In this document: positions 19,798 through 29,987 of the stretch, one piece after another
How the letters are laid out: each line of letters starts with the position of its first letter
How positions within the stretch are numbered: position 1 is the first letter of the stretch
Origin: Gammaproteobacteria bacterium
GTDB lineage: Bacteria; Pseudomonadota; Gammaproteobacteria; Ga0077536
Assembly (NCBI GenBank): GCA_047611805.1
Contig: JBLFWX010000014.1
Location: 464-64,463 of the forward strand
DNA length: 64,000 nt
Direction of reading: 5' to 3'
Translations under genes and position numbers: made by a program
Notes under the pieces: generated by a model
What the model saw: only the letters and a program-made list of their open reading frames with translations
What the model was told of the DNA's origin: nothing
The model's database searches: none

Positions 19798-20985
19798 TCA
19801 GCCGACGAAGCTCCCTAAGGCGTCCAGGTCGTCGATGGCGGTAGTCATTCGGCCGATGAATACGAGCGAACTATCGCGCGGTTGCATCGCAGGTGCGTTC
19901 GGTGGTCGTCCCAAGGTCCCAGCCCACCGAGCTAGTGCACCGAACAGTTGTTGACGATAAATCGTCCACGCATCATCGAAGCCGATCTTTGCTACACCGT
20001 GTTCGGCAAGGCATTCCAAATAAAGGTGAATGAGATCGCGCTCCCAGGCACGACGATCGTCCACCGCAAGCCCAGAGGACAACGCGTAAGCTAAATCCCG
20101 GCCCCAGTGACCGCGCACCACACATTGCCAATCGTTCAAGCCCATCGAACCATCACTCGCGATGTACCCGTTCTTCAAGTACGGATCGGAATGTATCACT
20201 GAGTGCGGCAAGTGCTGATGGCGTTCGGCAGATCGTTCCGTTGCCGGCCATATCTCTGCTTCGTGTTGAAAGAGACGCGAAGGAATTGCTGCTTGTGCCA
20301 TGGTAAATCCACGTAGACGCGCTTCGCGGAAACCGTTCGCGGCGGTCGCAGAGAATGTATCGTCCCACGTACGTAAGAATGGATATGCCGCGCGCACAGC
20401 CTCTGTGCCATGGTGTTTCGCGTGAAGTCTCGCCAGCAAGCGTATCTGATTTTCTACCCGAGTGCGCGTGAGCTGCGTGTCGTGACTGCAAGATTCCACC
20501 GAGTCGCCGATGTCTTTCAAAATCACAATTGAGTTGAATGTATGTGCGTTGAAATTAGCGAATAAACACTCTGGCGCTTCAATCTCAAATTCCGGGCGAA
20601 GCTGGTTATAGAATCGTACTTCGCCTTCGACAAAGCCACCGGGTCCGAGCTGGTGTCGACTCTTGAGTGTACAAGTCGATTTACAAAATACACTAGCCGG
20701 AAGTCCGGCGTTTTTCCCAATCGCGTTCCATGCAAGATAAATCCGTTGCCGACTTGATGTGCCTTCGTCAGCTGGCCCGAGTCTGCAAGTCAAGACTTCG
20801 GATCCGCCAACTTCTTGACCTAGAACCAAGGTCAACCACGCAGGGGTAATAGACTCGTAACTGGTTGGTAGGTCGTCGACCGTTACAGGGACTGGATGGT
20901 CGCGCTGTTCTTGTTCGAAGCGCGGCTTGAGCATCTCGTAGTTTGCGTCCACAGCTCGTCCTAGAATTCGAATGAGCAACGACAT
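19798..20985 (-). CDS. phosphotransferase (APH/choline-kinase-like) family protein
   Basis: 395 aa. Catalytic-loop block VIHSDPYLKNGYI....GLNDWQCVVRGHWGRDLAY matches the H.D....N...DW signature of aminoglycoside-phosphotransferase-fold kinases. Confidence 0.75.
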   Translation of the reverse strand: MSLLIRILGRAVDANYEMLKPRFEQEQRDHPVPVTVDDLPTSYESITPAWLTLVLGQEVGGSEVLTCRLGPADEGTSSRQRIYLAWNAIGKNAGLPASVFCKSTCTLKSRHQLGPGGFVEGEVRFYNQLRPEFEIEAPECLFANFNAHTFNSIVILKDIGDSVESCSHDTQLTRTRVENQIRLLARLHAKHHGTEAVRAAYPFLRTWDDTFSATAANGFREARLRGFTMAQAAIPSRLFQHEAEIWPATERSAERHQHLPHSVIHSDPYLKNGYIASDGSMGLNDWQCVVRGHWGRDLAYALSSGLAVDDRRAWERDLIHLYLECLAEHGVAKIGFDDAWTIYRQQLFGALARWAGTLGRPPNAPAMQPRDSSLVFIGRMTTAIDDLDALGSFVG

Positions 20986-21343
20986 TAGACGGGCAAGTCA
21001 CAAGCTGCAACTTGCCCGGGCGCCGAGGACTACCGAATTAAACGCGGCGTGACGGCGCGAATGGTTAGCTTGAAGCATTCATTGATCGATAGTGGGCTAG
21101 CCTTCAGAGACGGTCTGCCTCACCCCAGTAACGAGCCGCGGGATGTCCGAGTGCTCCGCCGACAACTAATGGAAGTAGCGATAGAAGATCCGAGTTCATC
21201 GCTCTGATTCTCACCATACCCAGCTGCTGCTTAGCCATACACGTTACGCCCGAGCGCTACCCAAGGGAGGTATCTGTCACAACCTTGCGGATAATTTTCG
21301 TTCAGCCTTTGAACCCGCCGTCTTTGGTATCCGCGCAACTGTA

Positions 21344-23014
21344 TTAGCTAACGAGTGTGCCGACGCAAAAATGCTTCATGTGGCGCTCCGCCATCTTGCT
21401 GTGATAGTCGCCGAACTCACCCGTTGCATCTTTGCCAGCGTGCATCCGTGCGACGAAGGGGCCGCCCGGGTGATGGTCTTTCCATTCACTAATATCGTAG
21501 ACCTTACCGCGAATAATCACCCAGCAATCATCAAACGAGCCATGCTCGGCCACCTCGGCCCGCGTGATCTTGCGATCCCCGGCGAGTGAAACAGCCGGCT
21601 TCCAGAGATTCCCCATCACCTCGCGACGTGCGTCGATCGCCGTGGTGCGCGACCGGAAATCCCACGGGCCTAATTTTTTCTGCGGCAGCTTGTCACCGAT
21701 CACCCGAGCATCAAACGCGTAAATCCAAGAGTCGTCATCGCCAGCGCGTTGCTCGTGATCGAAAACCGGGTAGTCCCGCTCATTCAGTGCTTTCAAAATC
21801 TGACGGCGTTGCGGCGAATCTTCCGGTTCGAGGTGCTTGAACAAAAATTTCGAGGCGAACTGGAACCGGGTCGCGCGATAATGACGCACTCTTTCGTAGT
21901 GCAGCAGCGCGCTATAAACATCGTTCCCGTGCAACTTAAAGCAGCTGCTCAACGCCGCGCCATCTTCCATCGCCTGAGCCGCGCCCTGACCAAATGTTGG
22001 CAACATCGCATGAGCCGCATCACCTAATAGGCAGATCCGGCCATCCTGCCAGAATTCAAACGCATCGCGATCGTACAAACCCCATTTCGAGGGTTTCTCG
22101 ACCGCTGCTGCCATCGCAAGCACGTCGTCCAAGCGCACATCGTCTTTGAACGCTTCTCCCATGTTTCGCTTAATCTCGCCGTGATCGACCGGGAACCAAT
22201 CGCCCTCGTCGGTCTCGAACTCGGCCGAGTTCGGCTCGTAGTACGCCATCCAAACATTGAGCAGTTCACCACCTCGCACCCAGTAGGTAATTACATAACC
22301 CTTCAGGGTTTTACGCGCGTCCATGCTGAAGGAATCAATAGGATTGCAGTCCATTGGCGTGCCATCGGCTTTCTTCAACAGTTTTACCTTTTCGCGCGCA
22401 ATAAGTCCTCGATAGCACGTCACCTCGGTCCATCGTCTTGGCGGTGTGTCCGGCCACAGCAGTCGCAACGTTTTAGAGTTGATGCCGTCTGCACCAACAA
22501 CTAATTCGCCTTGCGCTGTAGTGCCATCCGTAAATGTCGCCGTTGCAGATCGCTCATCCTGTCTCAACGCGGATAAGTGCTTTCCCATGTGCACTTGTAT
22601 CGGACAATCGACGCCCGATTCAGGTCCTAATTCGTATGCTCGCTTGTATAAACACATCAACAAGTCGAGGCGATGCATGTGATGAAATCCGGCTCCATCA
22701 CCCGCAGCAGTATTGTGGTCGATAGGATTAGTCGACACGCTACCGTCCGGCATAATGCCGCGCGTGCTATCAAGGATCGCGGCGCGACCGCCGTCTACCG
22801 TGCCGTGCGCACCTTTAGGATCGCCTCCGTCTAGATCCACAGCTAGCCACTTACACAGACGTGCGGCATTTGGCGGGATATTGAGACCAGCACCTGCCGT
22901 GCTCGGCTCTTGGGTCTGTTCATAGACGTCTATCGATTCGAATTGCTTGGATTCGCGCAGCGCGATTGCCGCAAACAATCCACCCATTCCCGCGCCAATG
23001 ATAACTGCGTGCAT
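21344..23014 (-). CDS. FAD-dependent monooxygenase (salicylate-hydroxylase-like) fused to a C-terminal cytochrome b5 domain
   Basis: 556 aa. N-terminal IIGAGMGG, LLGDAAHAMLPTFGQGAAQAMED. The last ~75 aa read ITRAEVAEH...CWVIIRGKVYDISEWKDHHPGGP....GKDATGEFGDYHS, with the HPGG and second His heme ligands. Confidence 0.8.
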   Translation of the reverse strand: MHAVIIGAGMGGLFAAIALRESKQFESIDVYEQTQEPSTAGAGLNIPPNAARLCKWLAVDLDGGDPKGAHGTVDGGRAAILDSTRGIMPDGSVSTNPIDHNTAAGDGAGFHHMHRLDLLMCLYKRAYELGPESGVDCPIQVHMGKHLSALRQDERSATATFTDGTTAQGELVVGADGINSKTLRLLWPDTPPRRWTEVTCYRGLIAREKVKLLKKADGTPMDCNPIDSFSMDARKTLKGYVITYWVRGGELLNVWMAYYEPNSAEFETDEGDWFPVDHGEIKRNMGEAFKDDVRLDDVLAMAAAVEKPSKWGLYDRDAFEFWQDGRICLLGDAAHAMLPTFGQGAAQAMEDGAALSSCFKLHGNDVYSALLHYERVRHYRATRFQFASKFLFKHLEPEDSPQRRQILKALNERDYPVFDHEQRAGDDDSWIYAFDARVIGDKLPQKKLGPWDFRSRTTAIDARREVMGNLWKPAVSLAGDRKITRAEVAEHGSFDDCWVIIRGKVYDISEWKDHHPGGPFVARMHAGKDATGEFGDYHSKMAERHMKHFCVGTLVS

Positions 23015-23164
23015 ATTCCTAGCCTCGTTCGGGTAGGGAGATCGCCCGTACCCGTGAATCTTTGATCAACGCGTAATCGTTCTCGCCCGCAGTGGTTATG
23101 GACAAGGCCCTCTTTTTCACCAAGGCATTCAAAACTCTCACGCCCTCAACGTACATTCGTCCGG

Positions 23165-23515
23165 TTACTCAATCGCGATAAATATCGAGTGGCGCATCTT
23201 TCCCCCGACCGATTTCGATAAGTGACCTTTACCGTGCGTGTCTTCAACCAGGATAACTTCACCAGCGCCGATGATCCGACTGTCGCCGTCGCTCGCCGTA
23301 ATATTGACTGCGGCATCTAGGTTCACGATGTATTGCCGACGCGGCGCTGGATGCCAATCTAGATCGTAGTCGCCGGATGTCTCGCGAAAGATCACACCAG
23401 TCGCCGGTAGCATCGCCGAGTATTTCGAAAAATCACCCTCTGAATCCCACTCAATGTCGATGTCACGGAAATGGGTTTCGCCCTCGTCGTCGACATAGAT
23501 GTTGTGAATGCGCAT
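23165..23515 (-). CDS. small cupin-like protein
   Basis: 116 aa counted from ATG 23515, which has AGGAG 7 nt upstream. Blocks WHPAPRRQYIV.L and GEVILVEDTHGKGHLS resemble a small cupin family. The listed ORF extends 9 codons further upstream. Confidence 0.55.
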   Translation of the reverse strand: MRIHNIYVDDEGETHFRDIDIEWDSEGDFSKYSAMLPATGVIFRETSGDYDLDWHPAPRRQYIVNLDAAVNITASDGDSRIIGAGEVILVEDTHGKGHLSKSVGGKMRHSIFIAIE

Positions 23516-23726
23516 ATCTTCTCTCCTAACATAAAACTTCATTTACCTAAATCCAGAGCACCGGGTTCAGTACCTTTTAATCTCAATTCGCGGCGAAACC
23601 GTTCTCGTACACAGAAGTTAAAGGGCACTAAACCCTTCAGTACTTACGACTTCGCAGAAACAACACTCGGCGTTCGCTTCAACCACCACTCGATCCCCCG
23701 TTACGGAGTTTATCGCCGCAACGAAA

Positions 23727-25373
23727 CTAAGCTAATGCGTAGCCCGCGTAACCGTTTGCTCTGCAATCGTTGAGGATGTCTAAGTAGGCAGGTACGCCGC
23801 CAGCGTACATGAGCATCTCGCGTACCTTGCCGGGCACGTTAGCCGCCATGTACCAGGAATCCGCTTGCGGAAAAAGCGTTGGTGCGGCCAACTCTTGGCA
23901 CAACTTGCTCCAGCCGTCCTCTGCTTCGTGAGTCGCTTCGATACGTGTGTGCCCGTGTTCGCGCAATGTCTTGAGCGTGTGCACAATGAAATCACCTTGC
24001 AATTCGGCGCATGTCGGTCCGTTGATAAATGCGGGCGGCGCTTGCGGGCCATAGGTCATAAATAAATTGGGGTAGCCCGCATTCGTTAAGCCTTGATAAG
24101 TGCGCACACCCTTCGCCCACTTTTCCCGCAAGGTCACACCAGCGCTATCGCGAATATCGATTTGAGTGAGCCCACCGGTCACGGCGTCGAAGCCCGTGGC
24201 GAGTACCAGCACGTCTAGTGGGATCTCGCGACCATCGACCTGCACGCCGCTTTCCGTCACTCGCTCAATAGGTGTTTGTTTAATATCGATGAGTTCCACG
24301 TTGTCCTGATTGAACAGATCGAAATACCATTGCTCCAGCGATACACGCTTTGTTCCGAACGGATGCGGCGGGTTGCGCGGCGCGAGTTTTTCCGCGACAC
24401 CCGGATCGGTGATGCGTTCGCGCACTTTGTCCCGCCAGAAATCGTAGGTCACCCGATTCACGGTTGCGTTCATGAGCACGTCGGCGTAGTTACCGATCCA
24501 ATACCTAAAGCCACCGGCTTGCCACAAGGCTTCGAAATGCGCCGTGCGTTCGGCGACTGAGACTTCTGTTGATAGCTTTGCGTCGATGTCATATTCGATG
24601 CCACCCCATGTTTGCAAACCCGTGCGAAATAGTTCCGGATAGGTTCCTCGCGCTCGCTCGTTGTCTGCTCGATCGAGTTTACGCTGCCGCATGGGCAGGC
24701 ACAGATTCGGGGTTCGTTGAAAGACGGTTAGATCCGAAGCCTCGCGCGATGCCTCTTGTGCTAGTTGCACACCACTCGCCCCGGTCCCGATAATACCGAC
24801 CCGTTTGCCTTTGAACTGAACGCCGGATTGCGGCCACAACGCACTGTGATGGCACGGACCACGAAAGGAATCGAGACCGTCGATTTGAGGAATATGTACC
24901 TTGGACGAAGAACCCGTGCACATCACAACGTAACGCGCACGGAATGCAATTGGTTGCCCGTTTCGGTCCGCGCCGGCAACCTGCCACTCGCGACGCTCTT
25001 CTTCGAAGTCCGCCGTCTGCATCCATGTTTCGAAATAGATATCCCGTGACAGATCAAGTTTGGAATCGACGTATTGAAAATAAGCGCGAATTTCTTCATA
25101 GCCCGGATACAACTCAGACCAATTCCATTCGCGCCACAACGACTCGTGTGGGAACTGGTAGATCCAACAAGCAGAGTCGACTCTCGCGCCAGGATAACAA
25201 TTCCAATGCCACACACCGCCGAGTACTGCGCCCGCGTCGATAATTTTCACGTGAAACCCAGCTCCGCGCAGACGATCGAGTAGATAAAGCCCGCAGAACC
25301 CTGCCCCAACGATGAGTACGTCAAGCGCTTCATCATCTTTCGAGTGTGTGGCACTAGTTGCTCGATCACTCAT
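23727..25373 (-). CDS. Baeyer-Villiger monooxygenase (type I, FAD/NADPH)
   Basis: 548 aa. Two Rossmann motifs, GAGFCG and GTGASG. The BVMO fingerprint F-x-G-x-x-x-H-x-x-x-W-P is present as FRGPCHHSALWP. Confidence 0.9.
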   Translation of the reverse strand: MSDRATSATHSKDDEALDVLIVGAGFCGLYLLDRLRGAGFHVKIIDAGAVLGGVWHWNCYPGARVDSACWIYQFPHESLWREWNWSELYPGYEEIRAYFQYVDSKLDLSRDIYFETWMQTADFEEERREWQVAGADRNGQPIAFRARYVVMCTGSSSKVHIPQIDGLDSFRGPCHHSALWPQSGVQFKGKRVGIIGTGASGVQLAQEASREASDLTVFQRTPNLCLPMRQRKLDRADNERARGTYPELFRTGLQTWGGIEYDIDAKLSTEVSVAERTAHFEALWQAGGFRYWIGNYADVLMNATVNRVTYDFWRDKVRERITDPGVAEKLAPRNPPHPFGTKRVSLEQWYFDLFNQDNVELIDIKQTPIERVTESGVQVDGREIPLDVLVLATGFDAVTGGLTQIDIRDSAGVTLREKWAKGVRTYQGLTNAGYPNLFMTYGPQAPPAFINGPTCAELQGDFIVHTLKTLREHGHTRIEATHEAEDGWSKLCQELAAPTLFPQADSWYMAANVPGKVREMLMYAGGVPAYLDILNDCRANGYAGYALA

Positions 25374-25468
25374 AACAACCCCTCACAGTTTTCGTAAGAT
25401 CCATTTCGAGAGCGCGCCACAAAGGGCTGCGCCCGCTACTCGATTCATATAAGTATCGGTGTGTTTGC

Positions 25469-26325
25469 TTAGCTCAATAGTTTCTTTTGAATTTTTTGCG
25501 CTGCCTGATTAAGGCTTTCGACTGATTCCCCGACACCGAGTATGTCGACAACGGTGCGCAGAGGGCGCGTACCCGGCGACATCTCGACGAGTTCCAACAG
25601 CGCTTGGGCGACAAGCCCTGGATCGGGATTCTTACTCGTCATGTTTTCCATGAACGGTCCCCAAAAATCGTTCGCCCGTTCAGCCAGCACGCCGTAACTT
25701 TCAACGCGCGGCGCATCGGCAGGGCCTTCGAGCTTCTCAATAAGCTCGGTTGGAAATGCCCCTGGCTGGAGGATCGCCACATCAACACCTGTGTCAGCGA
25801 GTTCGTAATGCAAACTCTCAATCAATCCTTCAATGGCAAATTTCGTCGCCGTGTAGGGTCCGGCATAAGGAAATACCACGCGGCCCATCGTGCTGCCGAG
25901 GTGAACTAACAAACCCTGCTTAGCCGCGCGCATACCCGGTAGCACCGCACGGTTCACCCGGTGCACGCCGATCACGTTAGTATCGAACGGGTCAATTGTT
26001 CCGCGGTAAAGGCTTCCTCGATACCCAGTGGGGCGATTCCTGCGTTGTTCACTGCGACGTCGAGGCCGCCATGAATCTGCTCGATGGATCGAACCGCCGC
26101 GGCCACGGATGCGTCGCTGGTGACGTTGAGCTCCATCAACGACAATTGGCCCGGAGAATTCGCGGCCAATTCTTCGAGTAACGCGGCGCTTGCGCAATTG
26201 CGCCCCTCAATATCGCGCATCGTGGCGATTACCGTGTGCCCCGAGCTGAGTAGGCGCAGCGCAGCGGCGCGTCCGAACCCAGAGCCGGTTCCTGTGATAA
26301 GAATCCGTTGCGCCTTTTGCATCAT
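25469..26325 (-). pseudogene. SDR family oxidoreductase with a -1 frameshift near 25986
   Basis: The N-terminal part (ORF 25972..26325) carries ITGTGSGFG and NNAG. The C-terminal part lies in another frame (inside ORF 25469..26197) and carries FDTNVIGVHRVNRAVLPGM and catalytic YTATK. Adding one T to the TT at 25986-25987 (minus strand) restores ...AEQLTRFDTNV.... Confidence 0.75.
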
Positions 26326-26404
26326 AGTCTCCGTTACTTAATTAGTGATCGAGGACCGAGTATCCAGGCCAGCAGATAATCTAGCGAGCCGAACGCATGA
26401 CTCT

Positions 26405-26612
26405 GCTTTGAGCGCGAATTGATAATAGTTGCTCTGCCTATCCACTCGCGCGCCGGGATAGCAGTTCCAATGCCAGATCCCGCTAACCTCGCTCGCTAGT
26501 TCATGTGCTTTAACCCTGAAACCTTCGTCTCTCAGACGATCAAGAAGATAGAGCCGGCGAACCCCGCACCGACGAACAGCGCATCGATGAATTCATCTGT
26601 TGCCTTCACCAT
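26405..26612 (-). pseudogene. BVMO N-terminal remnant (frameshifted, truncated)
   Basis: Reads MVKATDEFIDALFVGAGFAG, then after a frameshift YLLDRLRDEGFRVKAHELASEVSGIWHWNCYPGARVDRQSNYYQFA. This parallels the N-terminus of the BVMO at 23727..25373 (LIVGAGFCGLYLLDRLRGAGFHVK...GGVWHWNCYPGARVD). Homology then ends. Confidence 0.7.
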
Positions 26613-26857
26613 GAACTTCGCCTCAGGTTCTTCATTGCGCCAAGGTGGCACATGCATCCGATAATTGAAAAGCCTTTCGAACTTGTCTCTAACGCTGGTA
26701 GGTGCTGGGGATCAGCTGACCCATTATGATAACGATGAATTCCCCGTGCCTGAAAGTATAGGAATGCACCATTGCTACCAACCGACGCGCTAATGGAATA
26801 CCCGTCCCATGTCCCAACCAGTCAATGAACTGGCTAGCTAAGCAGTATTGAAAATCT

Positions 26858-28255
26858 ATGAGCGACCTGCACTACCTCAACCTATCGGAACTCGCTCGAT
26901 TGATCGAAAAGCGCGATCTATCGAGCGTCGAAGTCACCCAAGCGCAGCTCGACAGGATCTCATCGCTCGATAGGGATCTTAACGCCTATGCGTTAGTTAC
27001 CGGCTCGCAAGCCCTAGCCGATGCACGCGAAGCCGACGCCGCGATTTCCCGAGGGCAATATCTGGGCCCGCTCCACGGCGTACCGATCGCAGTAAAAGAT
27101 CTTTGCTATACGCGCGGGATCGCGACGAAAGCTGGCACAGCCGTGCACGAGAATTTCCTACCCGATTACGATGCAACCGTAGTCACCAAGCTCCGCGCGG
27201 CAGGCGCTGTATTGCTCGGCAAGCTCAATCTCGCCGAAGGCGCAATGGCTGCATACAATCCGAAATTCGACGCGCCTTACAACCCCTGGAAACGCTCTAT
27301 CGCGCCGGGGGGGTCATCAAGCGGCTCTGGGGTCGCAACAGCTGCAGGCATGTGTTTCGGATCGCTCGGTACCGACACGGGTGGTTCGATTCGTTTTCCT
27401 GCAAGCATGTGCGGTGTCGTTGGAGTGAAACCGACTTGGGGCCGAGTGAGCCGCCATGGCGTGTTCGATTTAGCGCCGTCCATGGATCACGTTGGTACCT
27501 TAACCCGCAGTGTCGTCGATGGAGCGATCATGCTGGATGTGATCGCCGGCCTCGACCCAAACGATCCCACCACCTTGCCAACAATGTTGTCGCGGCTCGA
27601 CAAGCAGATTGACTACGGCGTGGCGGACTTACGCATTGGTTACGCCGAACGCTATGCGACCGACGACGTCGATATTGAAACCGTAAGCGCCGTCGAAGCA
27701 GCGCTCGCGACACTCTCATCGCTCGGTGCAAGCATCGTTGACACCGAGATCCCTAACCTAGATGAATACGTGATCTCATGGCGCGTGCTGTGCACGGTGG
27801 ATGCTTACATTACGCATCAGCAGTTCTTCCCCGCGCGTAGCGCAGAATACGGCCCGTGGTTTCGATCCTGGCTAGAACATGGCGCCGCGTGTAGTGGCTC
27901 GGATTACGCGCGCGCCCACTTACAGCGTCTAAAGTGCAATGTAGCGATAGCCCGCGCATTTAGCGATATTGATGTTTTGCTATGCCCCGCGATGGCTCAA
28001 CCAGAACAGCGCAAAACAGACGCACAAAATTTTCTGGAACCGATGGGGGATTTCAACACCCAGCGTCAGCGCTTCACGATCCCGTATAACTTTAACGGCG
28101 CACCAACTATCACGGTTCCCGTAGGGCTGAATTCACGGGGTGAACCAATCAGCGTCCAATGCGTGGGTAGACCAGGTCAAGAAAATTTCGTTTTTAGAGC
28201 GGCGTACGCGATTGAGCAAAGCACGGGTGATGTCGACAGGCATCCAGCTTTGTAA
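26858..28255 (+). CDS. amidase (amidase-signature family)
   Basis: 465 aa. Has the AS motif GGSSSGSGVATAAG and the upstream catalytic Lys block PIAVKDL. Confidence 0.9.
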   Translation: MSDLHYLNLSELARLIEKRDLSSVEVTQAQLDRISSLDRDLNAYALVTGSQALADAREADAAISRGQYLGPLHGVPIAVKDLCYTRGIATKAGTAVHENFLPDYDATVVTKLRAAGAVLLGKLNLAEGAMAAYNPKFDAPYNPWKRSIAPGGSSSGSGVATAAGMCFGSLGTDTGGSIRFPASMCGVVGVKPTWGRVSRHGVFDLAPSMDHVGTLTRSVVDGAIMLDVIAGLDPNDPTTLPTMLSRLDKQIDYGVADLRIGYAERYATDDVDIETVSAVEAALATLSSLGASIVDTEIPNLDEYVISWRVLCTVDAYITHQQFFPARSAEYGPWFRSWLEHGAACSGSDYARAHLQRLKCNVAIARAFSDIDVLLCPAMAQPEQRKTDAQNFLEPMGDFNTQRQRFTIPYNFNGAPTITVPVGLNSRGEPISVQCVGRPGQENFVFRAAYAIEQSTGDVDRHPAL

Positions 28256-28259
28256 CCGA

Positions 28260-28288
28260 CGAAGAGGTGGGCGCCCTTCGATTTTTCT
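28260..28288 (+). terminator. rho-independent terminator of the amidase gene
   Basis: Stem cgaag(a)gg / cccttcg with loop tgggcg, followed by atttttctc. It begins 5 nt after the stop codon. Confidence 0.65.
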
Positions 28289-28676
28289 CAATGAGCAGTT
28301 TTACAAGTTTAGTCACAATTCGATTTCCTAAACTTAGACATCATCCTGCGAATTACGATCGGAGTTCAGAACGACTCTTACGACAAGAAAAACGGTTGTT
28401 GCACGGAAGCGCGTACAGGACCGTTGCCGGTCTTCTACTGTGAATGGTCTTTGAAAGCTGCCGAATTTACGGCATCGATCTGTCGCAACGAACAAAGGTC
28501 TCTCGTCTCGCTGGGAAATAGAAAGATTGCGTGAGACTACACAAAATTATAATTTAGAGACCGCCTAAAAAGAGCGTATTTGTTTCTCGAAATTCAGTGC
28601 ACGATCCCAAGCATATCGTGCGACGCGGCAACTGAACCTATGCTGCAGAAAAATAAGTGCAGCTTCTTTTCCCTAT

Positions 28677-29357
28677 CTAAAATTTCTCAACCCACGGACG
28701 GAGTTCGATCTCCCATGTCCATGCGCTACGATGTTGTCGGTGAATATCGAGATAGCTTTGGGCGACGGCGTCAGGATCGAGCTGTTTATCGTCCCCGGGA
28801 GTTGCATTTTGGTTCCGAATTCCACCATCGATAACGAAATGTGCGACGTGAATGCCGCGCGGGGCGAGTTCCCTCGCCGAGGATTGTGCCAAACCGCGCA
28901 AGCCGAATTTACCCATAGCAAAAGACGATGAGTTAGCGAATCCTTTCACGCTGCCGGACGCACCTGTCAGCAACAGGCTGCCAGACCCGCGGACGAGCAT
29001 GCGCTTAGCCGCTTCTTGCGTTACCAAAAAGCCGCCGTAGCAGGTCACCAATAGTGCATCGCGTACCGCGTGGGCGTCTATCTCGTTCACAGGTCCGCGA
29101 ACTCGGGCGCTGGGGTTGTATACAACGACGTTCGGGGTCCCGATCTTGCTGTCGGCAGTTTCGAACATTTTTTGCACGGCTACTGGATCGCATGCATCGC
29201 ATGCAACGGTCATCGCCTCAGTTTCATTCGCCAACGCTTCAAGCTTGTCGATGTTGCGCGTGGCGAGCATAACGCGCATGCCATTCGCCCGAAATAACCG
29301 GGCCAGTGACGCGCTCAAGCCATCGCCGACCCCTACGATTAATGCTGTCTCATTCAT
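28677..29357 (-). CDS. SDR family oxidoreductase (short, atypical F..GKF variant)
   Basis: 226 aa. N-terminal ALIVGVGDGLSASLARLF Rossmann region. The catalytic region reads SSFAMGKFGLRGLAQSSAREL. Confidence 0.7.
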   Translation of the reverse strand: MNETALIVGVGDGLSASLARLFRANGMRVMLATRNIDKLEALANETEAMTVACDACDPVAVQKMFETADSKIGTPNVVVYNPSARVRGPVNEIDAHAVRDALLVTCYGGFLVTQEAAKRMLVRGSGSLLLTGASGSVKGFANSSSFAMGKFGLRGLAQSSARELAPRGIHVAHFVIDGGIRNQNATPGDDKQLDPDAVAQSYLDIHRQHRSAWTWEIELRPWVEKF

Positions 29358-29444
29358 AATCTGCTCCTGAAGGTTACTTTTACGGGGATACGTCGTACCT
29401 AAAACGGACCCGAATTAGATTCCAGGTCAACGTTCCTTTCGGTA

Positions 29445-29987
29445 TCACATCTCACGCGCATTCAACTTCAACGTAAATTTTTCGCCCTCAGCCGTCTCGA
29501 CTTCGATATGAAACTGGTCGGTCTCAGGTCTAGTGTACTTGAGGTTCTTCAAGCCGCCTTCGCCTGTGGTGGCGAAACTCACACTGTTGTCCGTTTGATC
29601 GACCAACTTCATCGTTTGCGGCATCGGGGTCCGCGGCTTGTATCCCGCGTCCCACTGCTGGAGGCGCAGCACAAGGGAATCGTTCTCTTCCTCAACAATA
29701 ATCAGTTCCACCATGCTGGTCTTGCCGTTGCCTGTAATTCGAACTAGAGAGGCAATTGAGCCATCGGCAGGTTCAATCCAGTTTTCTTCAAGCGTCGCAT
29801 CTGGGCCGGCAGGTCCCGCCCAATGGCCGGTCATCCATGCAAGGCTGGCGACACTGAGGGCCCCGTGATGGTCGGCCTGTGCGCTCGAAGAAATCGTTAG
29901 TGCCAGCGCGAGCGCTGCCCAAAGGAGCATTCGTGTTGAACTGGATTGATAAGTCATACTGTGTTTCTCGATTATTTTTAGGTTCAT
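29445..29987 (-). CDS. secreted protein, DUF6265-like
   Basis: Signal-peptide-like STRMLLWAALALALTISSSAQA, then LAWMTGHWAG.....LEENW, as in DUF6265. The start may instead be ATG 29957. Confidence 0.5.
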   Translation of the reverse strand: MNLKIIEKHSMTYQSSSTRMLLWAALALALTISSSAQADHHGALSVASLAWMTGHWAGPAGPDATLEENWIEPADGSIASLVRITGNGKTSMVELIIVEEENDSLVLRLQQWDAGYKPRTPMPQTMKLVDQTDNSVSFATTGEGGLKNLKYTRPETDQFHIEVETAEGEKFTLKLNAREM

